A stretch of DNA of 62,582 nt, the filler included, from Choristocarpus tenellus KU-1152 (lineage: Eukaryota > Protista > Phaeophyceae): NCBI GenBank assembly GCA_964200185.2. It is 7 parts of 7 records of this genome, joined end to end, with 100 filler letters (N's around TTAATTAATTAA, not from the genome) between each part and the next. Parts side by side here need not be neighbours in the genome. Positions count along the whole stretch, not along the records: positions 1 to 30,581 come from CAXNAD020000089.1; 6 more parts are not named here. One strand, written 5' to 3'. Positions 1 through 14,200 of this stretch are shown here, piece by piece. The notes beneath the pieces were generated by a model. That model made no database searches, was not told the origin of the DNA, and worked only from the letters and a program-made list of their open reading frames with translations. Made by a program: the position numbers and the translations under genes. Positions within the stretch are counted from its first letter, which is position 1. Each line of letters opens with the position of its first letter.

Positions 1-27
1 AAAATAAAAGGGGAGGGGGGCGAAAAG

Positions 28-199
28 AGGGGGGGGGGGGGGGGGGGGTCTACATCAGAGTGTCCATTCGGGCCCTGACCAGTGAAATTGCACTTATATT
101 ATCCATCCGATGCATGCAACTAAATCATCCAGAAAATCGTGACATGGAAAAATGGACCCCAAATGGACAGCCGCCACCCCTCCCCAGGTACTTTGAGAC
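28..199. mobile_element. MITE subfamily A copy (G-tract type), left end truncated or diverged
   Basis: Shares the internal sequence TCTACA..GTGTCCATT..CTGACCAG..AATCGTGACATGGAAAAATGGACCCCAAATGGACAGCCGCCA and the right TIR (CCCAGGTACTTTGAGAC) with the copies at 1564, 4056 and 53571. Confidence 0.75.
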
Positions 200-1563
200 T
201 CATGATCTTGGAACTTACTTCTTTCCTTATTGGGATGTTGGTAGGTGTTTCAACCCGAAGGGAAAATCTTTGTTGAGAAATGCAGCCTTGAGGGGGGAGA
301 GACCCCCTCCTCTGATGAGAGCAACCAGCAGTCCAGCATGACTAAGTTGTACAGAAGGCGACCAAGAGTCAAACACAGCAGTGGGAGTGAATGGGGTGCC
401 CTCCTTTAGAAATAGAGGTGGGGGAAGTGCACACAATAGGGCATGATTGAAGATCAACTATCAAGATAAGCTGCGAGACCGGTTGGAGGTATTCCGTGGC
501 ATGCAACCAGTGGATGCAGATGTTGTGGAGGAGATCAGTGGACCCTCAATTGTTGGAAGGCGAACAAGGAGGTTTTTGGAGAGTTGAGTAAGTTGCGTCA
601 TGGAAGTATTTGCCTGCACTTATATTCATTCTCCTCCACTGGCCACACAATCACTGCCAAGTGCAATCGTCTTTCGAGGTATGTAGTTAATGGCACCATG
701 GTGCTATGCTCTTTTGGGGGATACGTTTGATGCCCAAGCTTGGAATGTGGAGGTACCAGGAAATCATAGTTATAGTGGAGGCAAATGCAGTACATGTCTA
801 GTGTTCTTGCCACCTCTAGCTGGAGTTCCTCTATCTACTTGGGCTTAGCGTGGACTGGTACATGCTGTGATGTTTTCCCCTTTTTTAGCTTATGCTTGCC
901 TTGCTTGTGTCACCCCAGAGACTGAACTGACTGTTGGCCCCAACTGAGTAACACAACTTGAGCCACACTGTTGAATAAACTCCGAAGCAAAAGAATATAT
1001 ATGTATTTTCCACACTTAACCCACCTCTTGTACCATGACAAGTAATGGGAGGTTATTCCTTGCATTACATAAAGGGCATACCATCTCTTGTGGCGAATGG
1101 AGACGAGAAAGGGTGAAATTCCATCATTCTAGACTTCCAACATCAAACCAATATCAAACCAATATCAATATTTATATATTTATATATTCCTTATTTGATA
1201 TTATTGATACCTGATATTGGAATATCAGATATCATGATATTTTAATTTGGGATCCAACACTAGAGTCGATCTTGCCTAGTCCCCACCCGTGATCAGAGGC
1301 ACAACACACTGTACTACTCTCATCATCTATCTTGGGCACTACCTGTTGCACAGTTCACCGTACTACCTGCAGTGCATGCCTTGCATGTTTTCTCGCACAT
1401 TAGATTATCCATTTCACTGTTTCTCACTCCACCTCTGTTTCAGTGCTGAGTTAACTCAATAGTTGGGTAATAACCCACATGGTCAAGGATGAAAACGGAA
1501 GGAGATGCCCCAAGACAGTCAAATATCTGGATCACTCACTTTGGTTATTGCTCTGTAGAATCT

Positions 1564-1743
1564 TGCTCAAAGTATCTGTGGGGGTGGGGGGGGTCTACAC
1601 CTGGGTGTCCATATGGGGCCTGACCAGGAGAAGGGAATATACATTACCCATCTGACAAATGCAACCAATTTCAATAAAAAATCGCGTCATGGAAAAATGG
1701 GCCCCGAATGGACAGCCGCCACCCCCCCCAGATACTTTGATCC
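1564..1743. mobile_element. MITE subfamily A, complete copy (about 180 bp)
   Basis: TIRs TGCTCAAAGTATCTG...CAGATACTTTGATCC. The 3-bp target duplication TCT lies at 1561-1563 and 1744-1746. Confidence 0.85.
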
Positions 1744-4055
1744 TCTTTATGGTTCGAGATACATAGGACTGATGACGACAATCATTAAAGCGGTTCAAGG
1801 CCATAAGATCAGAAGCCCATAAAACCAATACACTCATAAGATAATTTCCAATCAGATAGTGACCGGACAGTTATATTGAACCATTGCCTGTAACATGCCC
1901 CTGAGAATGAAGAACACACACCTGCTTTGGCGCTATCAGCACATCGAGTATTTGGACAAGTCCAAGAAAGAATACACTTCTCCTTGCCCTAAAATAGATG
2001 TAGCATATACGAAACGAATGTCTCTTTGGTCCAAACATATCAACAAACAACATTGAGGATACGGGAGACGAGGAAACCCACCGGATTCCCCCCTCCCAAC
2101 GTCGCCAAAGTACTAGATATGCTAGCGTAGACACTACTTGCACGTCATGGAACTCATCCTGCATTTGACTTAACGTTAAACTAGAAAACTCCTACACCGT
2201 GTATTCTAATATACGTCTACAGCAAGATTTTGACCTCGAAATATCGCAGGTAAGGATGTTTTCTAGAGACTATTTCCTTCAACCAGACATGGTACAAAAA
2301 TAATGTAGCATAGAAAGCAGGGTACTGGGAAAAAAACTTGTCCCAACAAACAAAAACAGATATGTATAAGTCGCATGAACAGGCAAAACAGGTACTGTCA
2401 TAATGACTTGTCTCTCCAAAGAAAACAAGCACCAACACAAACACGAAGTATTACACAATAAGGCAAAAACAGGAAAATATAATAGATAAATTTGTCCCTC
2501 CGAAAACCAAACCCAGTAGGGTACTGGTCCACCAATGTCCCTCCAACTCAGCTGCAGTACTTGCAGCACAGCTCTTATCCTTTTTGGTCCTTGTACAACG
2601 ACCTTTCCCTCCCTTGCAATCTCGAGTGCACTGCACTTGTTCACTATGTGATGCACTTGTTTGCTGCTGCAGATGACCGCGCATCTCTGACTTGTCCCGC
2701 TCATCTCAGTCACTTATATCAATTTAACTTCTCTTAATATCCCCTCTTTTGTTTGTTTGTTCATATTTTTCATATTCTTATGCTTCTATGGTGTCATGAA
2801 GTTATTTGTTCACGGTTAGGTGCATTAATGTATATGATTTTGAAAATTTGAAGTGCACTTGAATAAGTTTCTCAAAAGATACATATTTCATATCAATACA
2901 TTGCTGGTATTCAAATACTAAATAGATATAGAGATATATCTTTCACATTTACGACAATCGTTACTTCTACTGGAGTAGGGATCCTTCCGATATTGGTTTG
3001 GCTTTTCCCCTGACACATCTGCAAAATGTCAGAGGGTGTAAATGTGATATAAATTCAGTGATGATACCTTTAAAAATTCTGTATCCTTATAGATGAGTCA
3101 TGTCCTGACAAGATATGAAAGTAAAAAAATAGTATCCATGACAACAAGAGATGTTCCTTTCCACTTGCTGACTTGTGACCTACACCTTGCAGATTCATCT
3201 TCAACAACTCTCACCTCGAAGCATCTCGACCTTTGTGCCACTAGTTTTTTGGTTCTGTGTCTTCCTATCGCCCCCCCTCCCTCTGCTGGGCACTTTAGAG
3301 TGAAAGGGAGAACTACTCGAAGAGATCCATCCATCAGGGTTTCAAGCTGATAGATGAGATCGTTTTACAAGGAGTAAAGGGCTCGTGCCATGTGCTTCAG
3401 CTGGTGGCTACTAGTCAGAAGCTTTGGCAGTGTAATATATATATTGTCTGTTTCACAAGGGTGTCACCAGGAGTAGTCCGATTGAGCTCATGGCCAAACA
3501 TGGTGCTACACCTCGTTTTGAAATCTACCAGAGCACAGAATATGATATGAAACAAATGAGATAAACCACACTACTGTATCACTCACTCCCAAACCCTAAA
3601 ATAGAGCTATAAATTTCTTTGGTGAAGCCAGCCCTAACAAGCTATTTAGAACTGGTTGTGAAAGTCTCACATAGTATAAACCTCCCCCTGATCCTTCTCT
3701 AAAATGGACTCCATTTGGGAGGAAGAGGGGGAAAGGAGAGAAATCCCCCCTGACACGTTTCCTCTGGAAGACTCCTTCTTCACATGTGAGGCATTTTTTT
3801 GTAGGGGCACATCAAACAGCTTGTTTAGCCACACTACCTCGGTGCATGCACACTTTGTATACATCCATGCAATGAGACCCAAGCTACCACTATAACCTGT
3901 ACAATGTTGTGGCAAGTTTTCCAGGACTCACTCTTGTTTTCTCGATTGTGTGAGCACCTAGCTGATTCACAATTTACTCCCCAATATCTTCTATCAGGAG
4001 CATCAAAAGTCTTGCGCACACAATTGGGTCATGCAGGTTTTTGCAGGTTTTGAAT

Positions 4056-4358
4056 GATCCAAAGTATCTGGGGGGGAGGGGGGGGGGGTGTTACACCAGG
4101 GTGTCCATTTGGCCCATAACCAGGAAANNNNNNNNNNATTAGGTTTATATGGGTTGAACTGTAATTCTCAATAGAACAGAGGAAGGATAGTGGAGGGTAA
4201 GGGAAGTGTTACACCAGGGTGTCCATTTGGCCCATAACCAGGAAAAATCCACTTAATTATCCATCCGACGTGTGCAACCAAATCACAAAAAAATCGTGAC
4301 ATGAGAAATTTGACCCCAAATGGACAGCCGTCACCCCCCTCCCCAGATACATTGACCC
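4056..4358. mobile_element. MITE subfamily A copy spanning a 10-N gap
   Basis: TIRs GATCCAAAGTATCTGGGG...CCCCAGATACATTGACCC with TSD AAT (4053-4055 / 4359-4361). About 40 bp is duplicated on either side of the N gap, probably an assembly overlap. Confidence 0.75.
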
Positions 4359-5290
4359 AATCAACCGCTTCACAGGTGGACTGAAGAAGAAGGTGTGTTC
4401 ACACCACAGGCATCTCAGTAATATCCCCATTATTCCATCCGTTTATTGTGAAAGAAGGCATTCACATGAATGGAGCAATGGTTACATACCAAGTATTGTT
4501 CCACCTGTGTGTGATTGCTGTAAGAGAGAACAGGCTTCTCGACAATAGGACAACTAGATTTCCATTTAAACATTACATTCATGTACAATGTACACCTCAA
4601 CCCCCATGAAGAAGTTGGGTGAATCGTCAGTATAGCTTCAAAATGTGTTACTACTTTGAATTTTCGTGTAGAGTGTATGAACAGCATCGCTGCCAAAGGA
4701 GAGCAACAACATTATTCTGAGGATTTAGACATATACGAATCTCATTAGTGTTCACAGAACACCTCAACTTGGTATCATGATTAGGCAATGATTTACAGTG
4801 TCTCACATGGCAGAGAGATCTCTGACTGTATGTTGTAAGGGCTGCTTGAAAGGAAGGACATCTCATCATCATGTCTGCTCATTTGTGGTATTGCTTTGAA
4901 GTACCTGGCACTACTAAATTGATCTTCCAAGTATTCTGCTACTACAATAGACTATCTCGAATGCAAAAGTGTAAAAATACAGTACACTGTTACTGTAAAT
5001 AGAAAAAAAAACTTGAAAAGCGTATGCTCCCAGCTGCTGAAACTTAGTGGTGGGCTAGTCTTTGACAACAACCGACAAGTAACATGTATGGAGCACCTGC
5101 AGCTACATCACAGATAGATAGTTCCTAATGACAAGAAATATTCTAATCAAGTATCAAGAATAGAAATGGAGCAGAGAAGAGTGCTTTACAGAATTGGAAA
5201 AGGTTGTTGAGAGCGGTTTTCAGAGTTGTCCAATCTTTTGAGATGATGCAATCAAGCACTCTTGACTCTCTTGACTTTCTTCCTTTCCCT

Positions 5291-8200
5291 TCAGTCCAAC
5301 ACACACACGGGCTTCATGTAACCAAGTGGGAGTCCTTCTCCAAGTTTTTCCTGAACATCCATTGGATGAAGGGATGTAACAACGCAAAATTGAAAGCTGG
5401 GTCTTGTTATACACTGCCCTTGGTCTTTTTCCTTGTCTCGGAACATGAGGTTGCACCGAGGCTTTGCTGGAGGAGTGAACATTTTCTTGCCACCCTCCTG
5501 GGGGTGACAGAATCACAGAGGCATAGAGGTATTGAGTTATGCATGCAATGTCAGTCAAGTAATGGGTGCCGCACTCTTTAGATGCTCCAAAGTGGTGGCT
5601 CAATGTGATCATTCAACTACTTAAGCGCTTAGTACAAGTCCTGATCCCTAACCCTTTAACAAACACTGATAGTCTCAAAAAGGGAAAGGCATTACGAATA
5701 TAAGTAGGACTTCTCAGGAAAAGAAAAAAAAAGAAAAAGGCATTACGAATATAGAAAAGACTTGCGCCAATCTTCATTCAACAAGGGCAGGAAAAAACAT
5801 TTGACGCATAGCATTTAAGAGGGTAGGGCCATGTCCATTTGGGATCATAGATCCAATGTTGAGATTTTGATGTAATTTTGGCTATCATGTTTGTTAGCAA
5901 GTGTGAATATCCTTCCTCCAGACACACACCTACTTTGAAAAGTTTCAGATGAAACAGAATACAACTGTGTTCACACAAAACAGAGAAAAGGACATAAAAA
6001 ACCTGTGGGAAACCGAGCCCCAAATGGACAAAAAGGGGTAAAATTCCTACCCTCTGAAATGTTTTGGATCTTTCACCATGGAGTGTAGGTCGTTTTTGAG
6101 AAGGAATGGGACGTCTAGACAACTGACCCTCACTGCACTCAATCTCCTCATATCAATGGCATTTCTGTATTATATCTCATATTATATCTCATATACCACT
6201 ACAGTCTGCCACATCATTATAGTCTGTTTCACGGAAGTCCCATTGCAGAGATGCTGGCGCCACCAAGCAAACTACCTATGGTCTTACCTCCAAAACAACA
6301 CACTGGTCGCACCTGGAATATCTCACAGGGGAAGACGTCTCTCTTGCATAGCTTCTTCTTGAAATTAGCTTGTTCTGAGGTTACATGACCTGTAATAGGA
6401 CCATTATTGACCATTATCGACCATATTGGATGTTAGCCACTTTTGGGGGCAGCCTTCCAAAAAAAGGCAGTTGGAGCAATTTATAACACACAAACATTGA
6501 GGGATCATATGGTTTTACTGTGAATATTGAGTTGTTGATAGTATACGCATACCAAGAAATGCAGTATGTTGCCCAACAGTATCTTCAATTACCATGCAGT
6601 CCTGGTGACTAAACCACCCCCTCCCTAATGTCAACATCTCCGAGACAACAAAATCTGTTGGTGCCACACTCAATTGTGGAACACTACTGAGTTTGTTCCA
6701 TGCTTGCACCTACAGACTCATGTTGCTGTTTCAGTTGCATATCTTACATCTTACCCAACTTAAGAGCAAGCCTGGCACCAGATTTCATGGCCTGTACAGT
6801 CTTGGAGCGGACCTGCTCCATGAGGTCAGCAATCTGAGAGAGTATATTTGTTTGATTGATAATCATGAATTTGATAAGTATAAAATTGATATTTATGAAA
6901 TTGATAATTGGCTCAAAGTATCTGTGTGTGTGGGGGGGGGGGGGGGGGGGGGGGGGGCCAATTTCTCCCCCCCCCCCCCGGGGATTGAGGGGGTGTGNNN
7001 NNNNGGTTGTGGGTGGGGTGGGGGGGGGGGGGGGGGGGGGGGGGGTGGTGGGTTACACCATTCTCGCACACACATCTGGGATCAATGCAGTCTGGTGATG
7101 TCCCAATCAATCCAAATCTTGCCATTTCCAATACAACTTCAAATTTCAGATGTGCATGTGGTGTACCTGCTAGGATGAAATAACACCACAGAAGATAGGC
7201 AAGCAGTAAAGGAGAAATAGAAGAGCTTTCTATTAGTCTCTTAATCTTCCATCCTATGGAGATGAAGAGGTCACATCCATGTGGGCTTCCCAGTTCTGCT
7301 TATGTTTTTCATTTGAAAGGAAGATATGTGGAGAGTCCTCTACCCTCTCCTCCTTTTCCCCCTGTCATCTCTTAACTCCCCCTCAAGCCTCAACATGGGT
7401 CACATTGTAAATTGTATATATATATATAGTTCAATGTAACCTCACCCTAACGCCAGACTTCTGGTAGCCCAGAGCTAACACAGAGACGTCCACCAACACT
7501 GCCTTCCGGTGAGGAGGAGATAGGAAGGGTGAGAATAGCAGTAGCAGTAGCAGTAGCAGTTTACCATCACAGTTAGTACTTCCAGTTTGTAGCAATGGTT
7601 GGGATGGAAATAGCAGAAGAAGGGTTGAAGGGAGGGCAGGAGAGAGTTAAAGACTGTGATGTACTCCAGATATACTTGAAATGGAAGCTAAGGAAAGGAT
7701 CCATAACCATGGCGGTTCTAGTCAACCTTCCTTTGTTCACTAGCACTCCAAAAAGGGCCCCTTTCAAGGTGTGTAAGTTGGATTGTGCTATCAACAGTGC
7801 TTTGACTATCGACTTACAAACTTCAAAAACACAACAGGTGGTGCAACATCAAAATTCTGGAGGAGCTACATATATACTACTCTGGACTATTTCCTGCTAT
7901 GTTCACACAAAATGCAATCAAACCATGCTTACACTACAAAACTGTAGTTGTACCACACTCATCTATCCACTCCCAAATACCCCTCCCCACACCTCCAAAC
8001 CTCCAAAATGAACTTGGTAAGCACCACAATATGAACAATGGCAAGACTGACTGACCTCTCACCTTGTATGAAAGGTAAGCACAAACTTTCCCCTCTTTGG
8101 AATTGTCGACAAGGAGGGGTGTTTTCTTCTCCTCATCAAATATCCTCTTCATCACCTCTGGTAATTCTGAAAGCCTGCAGGAGAATAGGCCACCTTGACA

Positions 8201-11200
8201 AATAACCAGGCAGAAAAAACATTCAATTTGATCCTTTTTACTCTCAGCTCAATCTCACCGCAACAATGATGTTCTGTGACCACCTGCATTGTGATCTGAG
8301 ATCACTCTCTTATCACCGCATTACTCAAACCTAGGGTTTCTTCTTGTATGGAGAGTGCTATCAAAATGAGGTATTTTAAGTCAAGAACATATAGCACCAG
8401 GTGTGATATCTTGTTTGTTCTGTCTTCAATTTGAAATTTTGTATTGAGATTTTGTGTAGGCTTCTTGCCCTTCATGACTCTCCCTCCACATCTAGAAAAC
8501 TCTAGATTTTCTTGAGACATGTGTACCAAGTCACTCATACTTAAACTTTCCCGCATGCTGCTTGGCTTGGTTTGTTCTCTGGAGTGGCTATCAATAACAG
8601 AATGTATATATGAAGGAATGCATCAAATTTGATCTTTTCCATTGCCATTCTATGCTGGACTATTGACAAGTAACACACGGAATTCGTTTCAAGGTAGCAG
8701 GAGCCAGGAGTTTCGAAAGATTTCCACAAGGGTGCATCATTTGAGCATCCTTATGGCTCAGTGAATAGAACCCAGCACTGAGTGTGTTTTGGTAGTGTGC
8801 CATGACAAAGTTGTCAGTAGCTGGGAAGCTAACATAAAGTGACCCCCTCGGAAATGGCCAACCCACTTGTGGCATGTGAGTGTACAATAAAGAGACTAGA
8901 GGTGTGAAAATTGAACATGTGTGGTACGATCAATGTGACCTTGGTGTACAACGGAGAGGTAGCCATGGAGTGTGCCAGATGGAGTTATAGGGTGCGTGTC
9001 ATTCTTTTCTAGAATACCTGGTGTTGACCATGTCCCAACAGACAAAATCGAGGCCTTGCTACTCTTTATCAAGTACTCTCCATCAGGTACTCTCCATCAG
9101 GTACTCTTCATCAGGTACTCTTTATCAAGTACTCTTCATCAGGTACTCTTTATCAGGTACTCTTTACCAAGTACTCTTAATCAAGTACTCTTAATCAAGT
9201 ACTCTTCATCAGGTGCTCTTAATCAGTACTCTCCATCAGGTACTCTTTATCAAGTACCCTTCATCAGGTACTCTTTGTCAAGTACTCTTCATCAGGTACT
9301 CTTTATCAGCCCTCTGTAACTCTCTGCAGTATATGGGTGCCTTGCAGGTTGGGTATCATCCAGGGTATACAACTCTGTCATGAAAAAAAAGGTTCACTGA
9401 TTTTTTCATCATACAGTGCAATAATACAATAGTATAGTAGTATAATAGTATATAGTATAATAATACAATAGTATAATTGCCTTGTAGAACGGTGATGGAA
9501 ATAATTATTGTTCTTAGAATGCACAGGGTGTGAGACATCAAGAGTGAAACGTGCAAGCTTAATGTTCACACCTTGGAAAACAAAATGTTTTCATACCACA
9601 ATTTCAACATCAAACATGACAACTGGAGTCTTAGGGTTGGGGTTGTTGATCTTGCATCGTTAAAGGTATACCATGATATATATATAATATACCACTATAA
9701 TGACCTGCCAATGCCATAAAGTTTTGCTAGCAACAATATCTGAATTGTTCTCAAAATCGAAGACCCACGCCAGGTTGGACAATGGTTACCTTTCAGTGTG
9801 CTCTTAATCTCAACAGTACGTTGTTGTTCTTCTTATTTAACCACTTCTTGTTTAACCACATTGGCAAATAGGGGACATGGTACAAAATGAAAAATCTATA
9901 TACACACATGTACAAACACAAGGCACAACCAGATTTTGACATTAGACCATACCCACATTTGTGCATATGCCATAAAATCAGTGTTCACATTTGAGTTTGT
10001 AGAGTTGACAGCAACCTTGACCCAGAACTATGCCCATTGATGGCTAGCCACAAAATCACTCATGCAAGCTGCAAGACCTTTCTACAAGAAGAGGTGATAA
10101 GTATTGAATTTGTATCATTAACAGAACGCTCCTTTGCAAAATTAGACCTAAAAGATGGAATAAACCCAATGTCAACAGTGCCAACGACCCTTCTGATCTG
10201 AAGAAATGAAACTGCAATCACAGTGAATCATGAAGAAATGCAATGATAAGTATGGGTCATATCGAGGATGTTCTTGCCATGTCTTAGATAATTATCAAGA
10301 GATATGAGCCCATGAAATGTAGAAGTGAGGTGGTATCCAACAGGAAATAACCTTTGTTGATAGTACGACCAATCAGTGAGGACTATTATTATCAGAGGCA
10401 TACCAATGATGTGCATAGAATTGAATAGCAATGATGGCCTCCCTCAGTGAGGACAGGCAGATTCCATCACAACAGTCGTGCTTCTGTGAGAGGTGAACTT
10501 GAAGCAACCTAGTTGAGATAACTTTAATTGAGTCAAGTTCAAATGTGCAGAGCTTCAAGAATTTATGCAAGCATGAGAAGCACTTCAATAATTCCAGGGA
10601 CTCAACCTCTAACACCTGATCGCTTTTGCTCTATAAAAATCCACTGTGGTGGGATCTTTTGGGTATGGTGACTGTATAAAACCTTCACTGCCTGGTGGGT
10701 GATCACTTCTTATCCTGTGAAAATATACAAATCTCAGTACAAGCATGGCTAAGGTTCAGCAACCCAATAAACCCAATGGTGAGATATAGTTTGAGGAGAG
10801 GTACTGCACCAACAGTTAGGTGATGGACAATCAGGACCAAGGTAATTGGACCTCAAGGCAGGGTGCAGTACAGTATATTTCAGAGTACAATCCTTCCATA
10901 TGAACTCATTTAATTGTACTATTCATGTGGACAAGCTATATATAACTGGGTAAACCTTTTGCAATTGGTACATAGGGTAAGATACGTACTATGACTCTCT
11001 AAAAAACTGATTGAGATGTTACTGTTTCATGAGGCTCAATTGAGAAATATTTGACAATTTTGGTGGGCCTTCCAGCCTCTTGAGTTGTAAAATGAACACC
11101 ACAAGAAGAAACTCGGATGTTTTGAATTGTGGTACTAGGAACCTGCTCAAACAATCGTCTAATGGAAGTGTCAGCCACTATCTGTGGTAGAATGACACTG

Positions 11201-14200
11201 GATAAAGGATGCAAGTATAGACAGTATGGTAATACAACCCCATTGGGAAGTACAGTACAGTTGAATGGTAGAATGACCCCTCTCAATCTTGATGTTTAAC
11301 ACATTAGTTTCATGTCATGTCCTCAACCCCATGGTGAGAGGTAATATAAGGTGATGTCTATGCAAGTCCAGTAGGCATGGAGGTATCACAAAGAGTGTCA
11401 CATAGAGTATCACATAGAGTATCAAGGAGAGTATCAAAAAGAGTATCAAAAAGAGTATCAAAAAGAACAAGTTCGAGAAATGAAAAAGCAAAATGCCACA
11501 GCATGGACAAGAGCAACCGTGAGGTTCACTCCTTTACTCAAGTCTATCAAGCTATTAAAGTTGATCACACAGAGGGGTTATTATTGGTGGTGACATGCAA
11601 AAGGTTATTATTGTGTTGTTTCAAAGGTATGCCATTCTATGCTACTCTATGGAACTGACTTCTGCAGCACATAGCAGTGGTTACTGTAGGCAGTCTTTTC
11701 ATCACCCCTACTAATACCATTCATTAATTTGCTGCAGTTGGTTTCACTTAGTGAATACATTAAAAAAAATCACCCAATCACCGTCTGCGCTGCTGATAGT
11801 GAATCTCTGATCTGGGATTTTTCCCTCACAAAAGTCCCCATTTGACGCAAAGGTTAAGATTAAGGTTAAGATTAAGATTAAGATTAGGCCTTTAGTACGG
11901 CTGCAATGAGTTCTTGATTAGGACTATAGTGTACGACTTGTTCCAGTCCCTGTTCCAATGCTACTAGTTCTTGATTAGGACTATAGTGTACGACTTGTTC
12001 CAGTCCCTGTTCCAATGCTACTAGCGGGGGTGTAAGATTGCGTTAGAGTTTGATTTTTTTATTAGCTACATACATGTTGAGGAGACACATCCAACATGAG
12101 TCCTATTTTTTTTTTAGTGTAAGTTTTGTTGCTCTTCACAATATTTTAACAAAACTGACAATTAAGAGACCTCAACACAAAGCGTTCCATTCTCGTCCAC
12201 TTCCCAACACTATCAACACTATCCTCTTCTTCCTGGTGGTATGTGTATGTGATCAACCTGACACTCTGGTTCCTTCAAGTCCCTTTTTCTCCCTTGGTTT
12301 CTGTTCCACCATTGTGCTGCCTTCCATGTATGGAAAACCCAGCAGATAGACTGACACCGCCCTCGTCATCAAGGTCCCTACCTCCAATGCCCTCAGAGTC
12401 AACAGAAGAGATTATGATGACAGAATTATCATGTAGATGGTAGATAGAGGAACTACTGTGCAAAGCCGAATGAGGACTATACACCTAATATACATCTAAT
12501 AGGCGATTAAATCTAAGAGTCAATATTTTTGATTCTGTGGTCAAATGTTCTTCAATTCCCCTAAGGGAAACAGTTAATTAACTTGCTGCAATTCACTTGC
12601 TGGGAAATGGGGAGTGACTGACAAAGATTCTATCTCCAATAACCCTAACCCTAACCCTCACCAGTCTGGTCCTCCTCCTCTATTCGTGATTCGATAGGAT
12701 CCTCATATTCAGGTGGTCGTAGTGCTGTGGTTTCCCTGGTGAGGAGATGGATCCACATATAGCAACCTTTGGATCCCATATACTTGAGCCATCTTCCAGC
12801 TCTCCTCAAGCTGGTAAGTTCCTTACACAGAAACAAATGTCAGCATGTGTGCAGGAAATACACTCATTTGATTTCTTTTTATTAGGTTGCTCATTACTCA
12901 ACACCAAGACAGTATGATCATCAAATACAGTCATCTTCTGTTCAGCATCAGATTGAAGAGTTTGTGGCATCAGTTTGAAGAGTTTGTAGGGGTGGTCTAA
13001 CAATGTGTAAGATTGTATCAAGTGCCTTGTCTTCGTAGCAGCGGCATTCAATATATGCAATATATTCAATACATTCAATATATTTAGTGATTTGGGCATT
13101 GAATATATTTAGTGGTTTGAGCATTGAAGAGGTGAGTCAAAGCATTTAAGAGGGTAGGGCCACGTCCATTTGGGGTCATGAATCCAATGTTACAATTTTG
13201 ATGAATTTTGGCTATCATGTTGGTTAGCAAGTGCCAATATCCTTGCTCCAGGCACACCTTTCATAGTCATACACATTTTAGGTATCTCTGCTCACACAGA
13301 AAACCTAATAAGGGCAAAAAAACCCCGTGGGAAGCTAAGCCCCAAACGGACAAACAAGGCAAGACACTACCCTCCTAAATGCTTTGGGTCGGTAGACTTA
13401 AGATATATTTAGTGTATTGAGATATAGTTAGGGCATTAGGGTTAGGTTTTAAGGTAGCCTCATCATCGTTTTTTTCAAGACCTCCACAGAAAATGATGTA
13501 AATCTAATGCCAAATTGTGCATTTATAGCCTACCCCTGCAAACTGCTTGAGCTAAAGGTGAACTGAATAGAGGAGGAATATCAACATTTGTGTCAACCAG
13601 TGAAATAGATGGGAGGTAAGGGAAGGCCGGCATTGCCCTTAACATGAAAAACACATATTGATGGACATTTTAATGAAAAAAATGTCTGTGGATTAAGAGG
13701 AATATACCCACATGCCACCCTGCACACACATTCAGTAGCTGCATTGGGAGTCTAATGTGCTGAATAACAGTCTGTTGACATGTCACCACCCACCTGTGCA
13801 CTGCACTGAATTGGTCTCAGTATACACGGTAAGCATTGATCGTCATCTTTGCCGCTGGCACCACGAATCATGTCCGCATATTCCCTCTCCACCTATTACA
13901 AAATACTTCTTTTGGTGAGGAACAGCTGCTTCTTTAAGATCACCCAACACATGCATATTTTGCTCATCTTGATATTCTAATCTCAATATTTTTTAGCTCT
14001 ATGGCCAGTGTAGAGACTCACTCAATGACGGGAAATAGTTTCTCTTGATAAATGCACTATTTCAAAGGAACAGCACTCCTAATTTCCATAATGCATACAT
14101 GCATACACAATAACCTGACTATCTTGCTTTGTTCCACTGAATGACATGGTGTAGTCACCTCCACCTCCTCCTCCAGTAGTGATCCTTTCTCTGTCAAGAA

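Noticed and set aside
4088-4246. Direct repeat of about 40 bp flanking a 10-N gap
   Set aside because: Most simply an unmerged assembly overlap within one MITE copy.
200-4900. Possible minus-strand exons (about 220-345, 3187-3345, 3681-3830)
   Set aside because: Low-complexity S/R-rich frames with no recognisable domain and no verifiable splice chain.
6893-7183. Poly-Gly/poly-Pro ORFs (also about 30870-31170, 45720 and 48420)
   Set aside because: Translations of G/C homopolymer tracts next to gaps; low-quality sequence, not formin or extensin genes.
8972-9319. Repetitive 115-aa ORF or CRISPR-like array
   Set aside because: A pure 14-bp tandem repeat with no unique spacers and no cas genes.
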